From Perkinsus olseni (Eukaryota), in the NCBI GenBank assembly GCA_013115125.1, contig JABANN010000324.1, positions 1-39,398 on the forward strand: a stretch of 39,398 nt of DNA. The letters are read 5' to 3'. The position numbers and the translations under genes were made by a program. Below the pieces are notes generated by a model. The model did no database searches and was not told where the DNA came from. It saw nothing but the letters and a program-made list of their open reading frames with translations. Shown piece after piece: positions 35,220 to 39,398 of this stretch. Each line of letters starts with the position of its first letter. Positions within the stretch are counted from its first letter, which is position 1.

Positions 35220-35351
35220 GAGGCTCTTTCATTCGTATCATTCAACCCCGGACTTTTCTGTGTTGGCGAGGTGTGACGATTCGCGGTCCTCGGCTTCCGA
35301 CTGTTGCCTGCATCCGTAGGAGGTTGCTACGTGAGAACCACGGAGCTCATC

Positions 35352-35415
35352 ATGTCCACCACGAGCAGGACAGCCGAGCCTTCAACATTTCATCATATTC
35401 TGGTGGCTAGACTAA
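35352..35415 (+). pseudogene. 5' fragment of family member B
   Basis: MSTTSRTAEPSTFHHILVARL matches the start of 26760-28031. Homology ends at ~35415 and a stop follows. Confidence 0.85.
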
Positions 35416-36024
35416 GCCTAGCCTAGGGTTCTCTAGCGAAGCTCTTTATTAGGAGGTCTCAGGCGCAATCGCCTGAGCTGCTGGAGGAAACGAGTTCTTC
35501 CGATGAGGAGACTACGCTGTGATGGAGTGATGACTCCGCTTCGTTTCATTATAGGCATAAGAGGGCAAAGGCTATGACTATTGGTCACTGATCATGCTGT
35601 GTGCTCTCAGCGCCCCCGAGCGCATAATGCTGATGCACACCTGAATCAGTATAGTCCACGAGAATGAGTAGCAGCGCCTCAGGCCCTCGCGTGGTCTCCC
35701 TTCACCATAGAGAAGTGATACTGTACAGTCGGAAATTTCGACGTAATTACGATGCAGAATTAGACCGGGCCCGTCTTAGGAACACGACACTCAGGAAATG
35801 CTGATACCGAGCGGACCGGGCGTGAAGCTATGAAGGCTCTATGCATTCCCACGCATAAGCGAAGGGGTACGCCTGGGCTGAGTTGTACATTAGTACTGCT
35901 CTACAAAGATACGAATGGTTCAACTCGGTATAACATGGTTGGTTAGTCAAGATTGTATGAACGTAAGATGGCCTTGGCTTGGCCCGAGCGAAGAACGCGC
36001 GGCCACGTTCGCGAGGGTACGCGC

Positions 36025-36865
36025 TTAGCGCTTCAAGATGAAATATTCATGAACAGATAGAAGTTCGAACATATGACGGGCAGCTAGTAGGTAGATAGCA
36101 TGAGAACATACAGTCCTCCAAATAAATTTGGAATATCGTATTTTTCTCGCCCCTAGCTCCAACTGGGACGAGTTACGAAACGAAATGAATAGGGATACCT
36201 TCCAGGACCCTACTGAGTACAACCCCAAAGTTTCAGACCACAACGCTCAATAGGTGCCGAGATCTCGAAGGGTCCCTCGAAAAAAAGTTGATCGCCTTTG
36301 AATCACCATGATAGTCATAATCACCAGTTTTTGCGAACCTCGGGTAGGAGAAGATCAAGTCGAGAGTGCCACCATCTTTGGGTTCAAGCCGCATAAGAGT
36401 TAATCCGTCTACATACACACCCACGTCCTTCGGGGTGCATCCTCTGAACCAGGGATGGCACTGTGCCTGTTCTCCGAGTACCACCGCAATTTCCATAGTG
36501 GAGTACCTGGAGGCCGGGGAGATCCCAGGGAATCTCGAACCAATGAGTATACCTCCCTGATAAGATCCAGCTGATCCGTTCTCGGGAGGGCCCCTTAGTA
36601 TGTAGGCACATTCGCCGTCCCTGCCGAAGTGGGAATTTGGAGGTAGGCAGTTGGGAGGTGATTCGCCAAGCGCGGGAAAGCGTAGTGAACGAAGCGCAGC
36701 AGGCTGGTCTAGGCTTGCTATAGCATTCATCTCACCGATCGCATCGCCGAAGGCCGGAAGGACCATATACAACAAGACCATTTTGAAGGCGATTGAACCA
36801 GCCCGAACCCTTTCCAACTCCGCGGCAACCGCGTAGGTCGGGCAGGTAGAAGGAGTCGGAGACAT
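36025..36865 (-). CDS. Hypothetical lineage-specific protein, possibly secreted; 210-aa ORF with an apparent frameshifted continuation
   Basis: ORF 36233-36865 has a signal-peptide-like stretch (IAFKMVLLYMVLPAFGDA) and Cys residues. An overlapping frame 36025-36243 stays open for ~72 more codons. No recognisable family. Confidence 0.4.
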
Positions 36866-38369
36866 TGAACTCGGAGAGGGAAGTATACAACGACGAATAC
36901 CCGGTGATTGACGGAAGGCAGCGGAGGAATACTTACTAGCTTGACTTGTTCAATAGCTACATGCAATATAATTCGGGAGAGTGTAGCTAATCGAGGCAGG
37001 GCTTGAAAAATGAGGAATCTGATCTCGTTGTGGAATTAGGGTGAACGTATGTCCAATCGCATGAAGTCGCCTGTGTAGGAGATTGGGAAAGGGGGTCCAG
37101 ACATGCTCGCTTGCGACAGCGAATCGCTATCGACCGTAGTGATCTCAAACCGAAGATAACAGGGCTTGGATTTGAACCCAGCACCTGTCGATGGTGAACA
37201 CAGTGCTCCACCGTGACACCATTCTTCGGATGAGAGAGTGAGCTGACTGGAGCCAGGCATGTAATCTCACACTAGACGCTCCAGGACAAGCACTACATGA
37301 AGATAACAGGCCTCTCCTACACGGGCGGGTTGGGATGGGAAAAGAAGAGGACAGGCCCCGTAATGTCCTACCACCTCAACGTGAAGCCCCAATAGCAACC
37401 CATTAACCAACGCATCTCATTAGCGTATGTTCGGCGGCACAGCTTATCATGCGCGCGCCCGAACACAGCGCAGAAACACACACAGTAAGAACTCATCCCC
37501 TACACTTGCTCGTTTCACCCTCCGTACCTGAGAGGAACTCCATATGACGAGGAATTCACGCGATTGCTGGGACGAACAACCGCACAGCGAACAAAGGCGC
37601 ACAGAGAGTAATGTGCGTACGCAGCAGCGATGAAGGTGGTTGCCAGTATAGTGCAGACATGAACACGTAGAACGTTGCGTTGTATGGGCCATCTGGCACG
37701 CAGTGGTTCCATGCGTAATAGATGGCACATGACTCGTGTGACACGACCTATCAGCTTGTCCTACTGATAATGACAAAACACTAAACACCGGAATGGACCG
37801 CACAGAGAGTTAAATTGTGCAGAAGAAAACTCGCGATTGATGATACGCTGAGGCAATGGTGGTAGTTGACGGCGTCAACTTGACGCTGCAGTGCAGTGGC
37901 GCAACCGAGCGACGGTGCAGTCTCAGAATGAACCGTGCGGACGGGTTCGTAGGGCGGCTTTTAGATATTCGGGCAGAACTCAGCATGAAGCCAACTGAGA
38001 CTCGTATGCCGAACATTATTTGTGGGATGCTCCTGCTAGAGTCTAGCAGCTAGACCGATGATTACGGGAGATTTAGACATATCGTCGTCGCCAGGTGATG
38101 TTCGTCGATAGAGCTGGCGTTTCAAAGTCGGGAGGCTCTTCTTGATTGCGAGGCGGAAGCGAAAATGCCAAAGAGTACCGGAGAGAGTATGGAGTCCATA
38201 CTATGGACGAACTCGTTGTCGACAGTGATCGACCACGGCTGATCGACGAGAGTGAAGTTCCACGAGTAGAGGACTTTTCCTCCCCACCCAAAGGAGACAT
38301 CTGGTTGTGTGATGAGCCATTGGAGCATCTTACGCACAAATGAAGCTAGTGTTGATGTTCAAGCTATTC

Positions 38370-39398
38370 TGATGATTAATCTATGGTTTTGCGGTCTGGG
38401 GCTGGGCTAGATTTTGGCTTATTTTCGCGATAAGTCCACAGAGGGGATCGGATTGTATCCGTTCTAAACACTCTCAGTCTTAGAAGGTGACCGCCGGCTG
38501 GAGTGTGGTGAGTAAGAGTCCGTTGATCTGTCCACAGCGACCACCGCCTCGTGGTTCGATCTGGCTGGCTGCTCAACGTGACCAAGCGCGGTGAGCTAGC
38601 GAAGCTAGCGCTTCGTTGTGCGCAATGAAAGCCACTTTGCTCCAGCTACCTCGGCCAGTCAGCTACATTTATCTGCCTCATCCTATATGCTATTGGGAGT
38701 AACTCTGGGGGGAGAGTGCACGAAGTTACTCTTACGTTGAGCGTTCCAGCGGGCACCTGGGCCCCCTGAAGAATCGAATCGAGTAAAAGTTGTCTCCGAT
38801 CAACGGAAGTATTTTCTGCTCACTCTCTCCTCCCTCGACTGTTAGTTGTTCGGCTGGTACGGAAAAGGAGCAACTAGCTGCCACGTTAGCCACAAGGCAA
38901 GTGATGAGCTTCGTGCAGTCGCATTCCTACAGTTCCTGACTCGATGACTCATCGTCGCACCAGTTCACTGAAACCTCGTACCACTCCACCAGAAACATCT
39001 AGCTCATGAGCATACTTCTGATTCGGTACGTAAGAAGCATCCGAACCTCTCGTGATCTCTCTTACAACCGATGTGGCGAATGAATTTGCTGGTAAACTGG
39101 TGTTGAACTGCTGGTGAACTCCAATAATAGTGGCAGACCACGGCCCTCTTTAACTGGCGTGCTGTGGCGATCACGGGTGTCCTGTGCAAGGAAAGCCGCA
39201 GGCTTTACTGAGGGTGAAGCGGCAGGGGACGTAGTCACACAATCCTGCACTACTCAAGCTAGTCGTTTCCGATGATGATACTAGTTCTAGCTGCGTTACG
39301 ATCACCGACTTCTGGCGTGGTAATTTGTGCATGGCAGTCGCGAGGAGTGGTCCTGCGGAGACGCGTGGACCACCTTCCAACTGCCTCTCTTCTCAGTT
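38370..39398 (-). mobile_element. Possible highly decayed LTR-retrotransposon integrase remnant
   Basis: Broken frames in the expected order: YVP..H..LKRAVVCHYYW..C (zinc-finger-like), LITCLVANVAASCSFSVPAEQLT, GDNFYS..F, SPRVTPNS. Similarity is weak and judged by eye. Confidence 0.25.

Overview
This is eukaryotic, intron-rich protist DNA; gene content and style suggest a Perkinsus-like alveolate (inference). An assembly gap at 19899-19908 splits it. The left half holds two spliced minus-strand genes that the ORF track fragments, both rebuilt here by hand with canonical GT-AG introns and consistent phases. One is a 14-exon, 443-aa phenylalanine hydroxylase (4926-8709) with a mitochondrial-type N-terminus; the other is an 18-exon, 784-aa dynamin-related GTPase of the ARC5/DRP5/Dlp type (9743-17391). 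The left half also has a rearranged PAH pseudogene, two decayed copies of an unknown gene, and a clean 304-bp hAT-type MITE with an 8-bp target duplication. The right half holds intronless genes: a TIR-like protein with inserted transmembrane segments and a WCxxE motif, a POT/PTR peptide transporter, and a cluster of F-box-like/beta-propeller-like genes. These last genes form a repeated two-gene A-B cassette with ~130-bp spacers, an inverted copy and gene-conversion tracts. I found no CRISPR array, rRNA or canonical tRNA.
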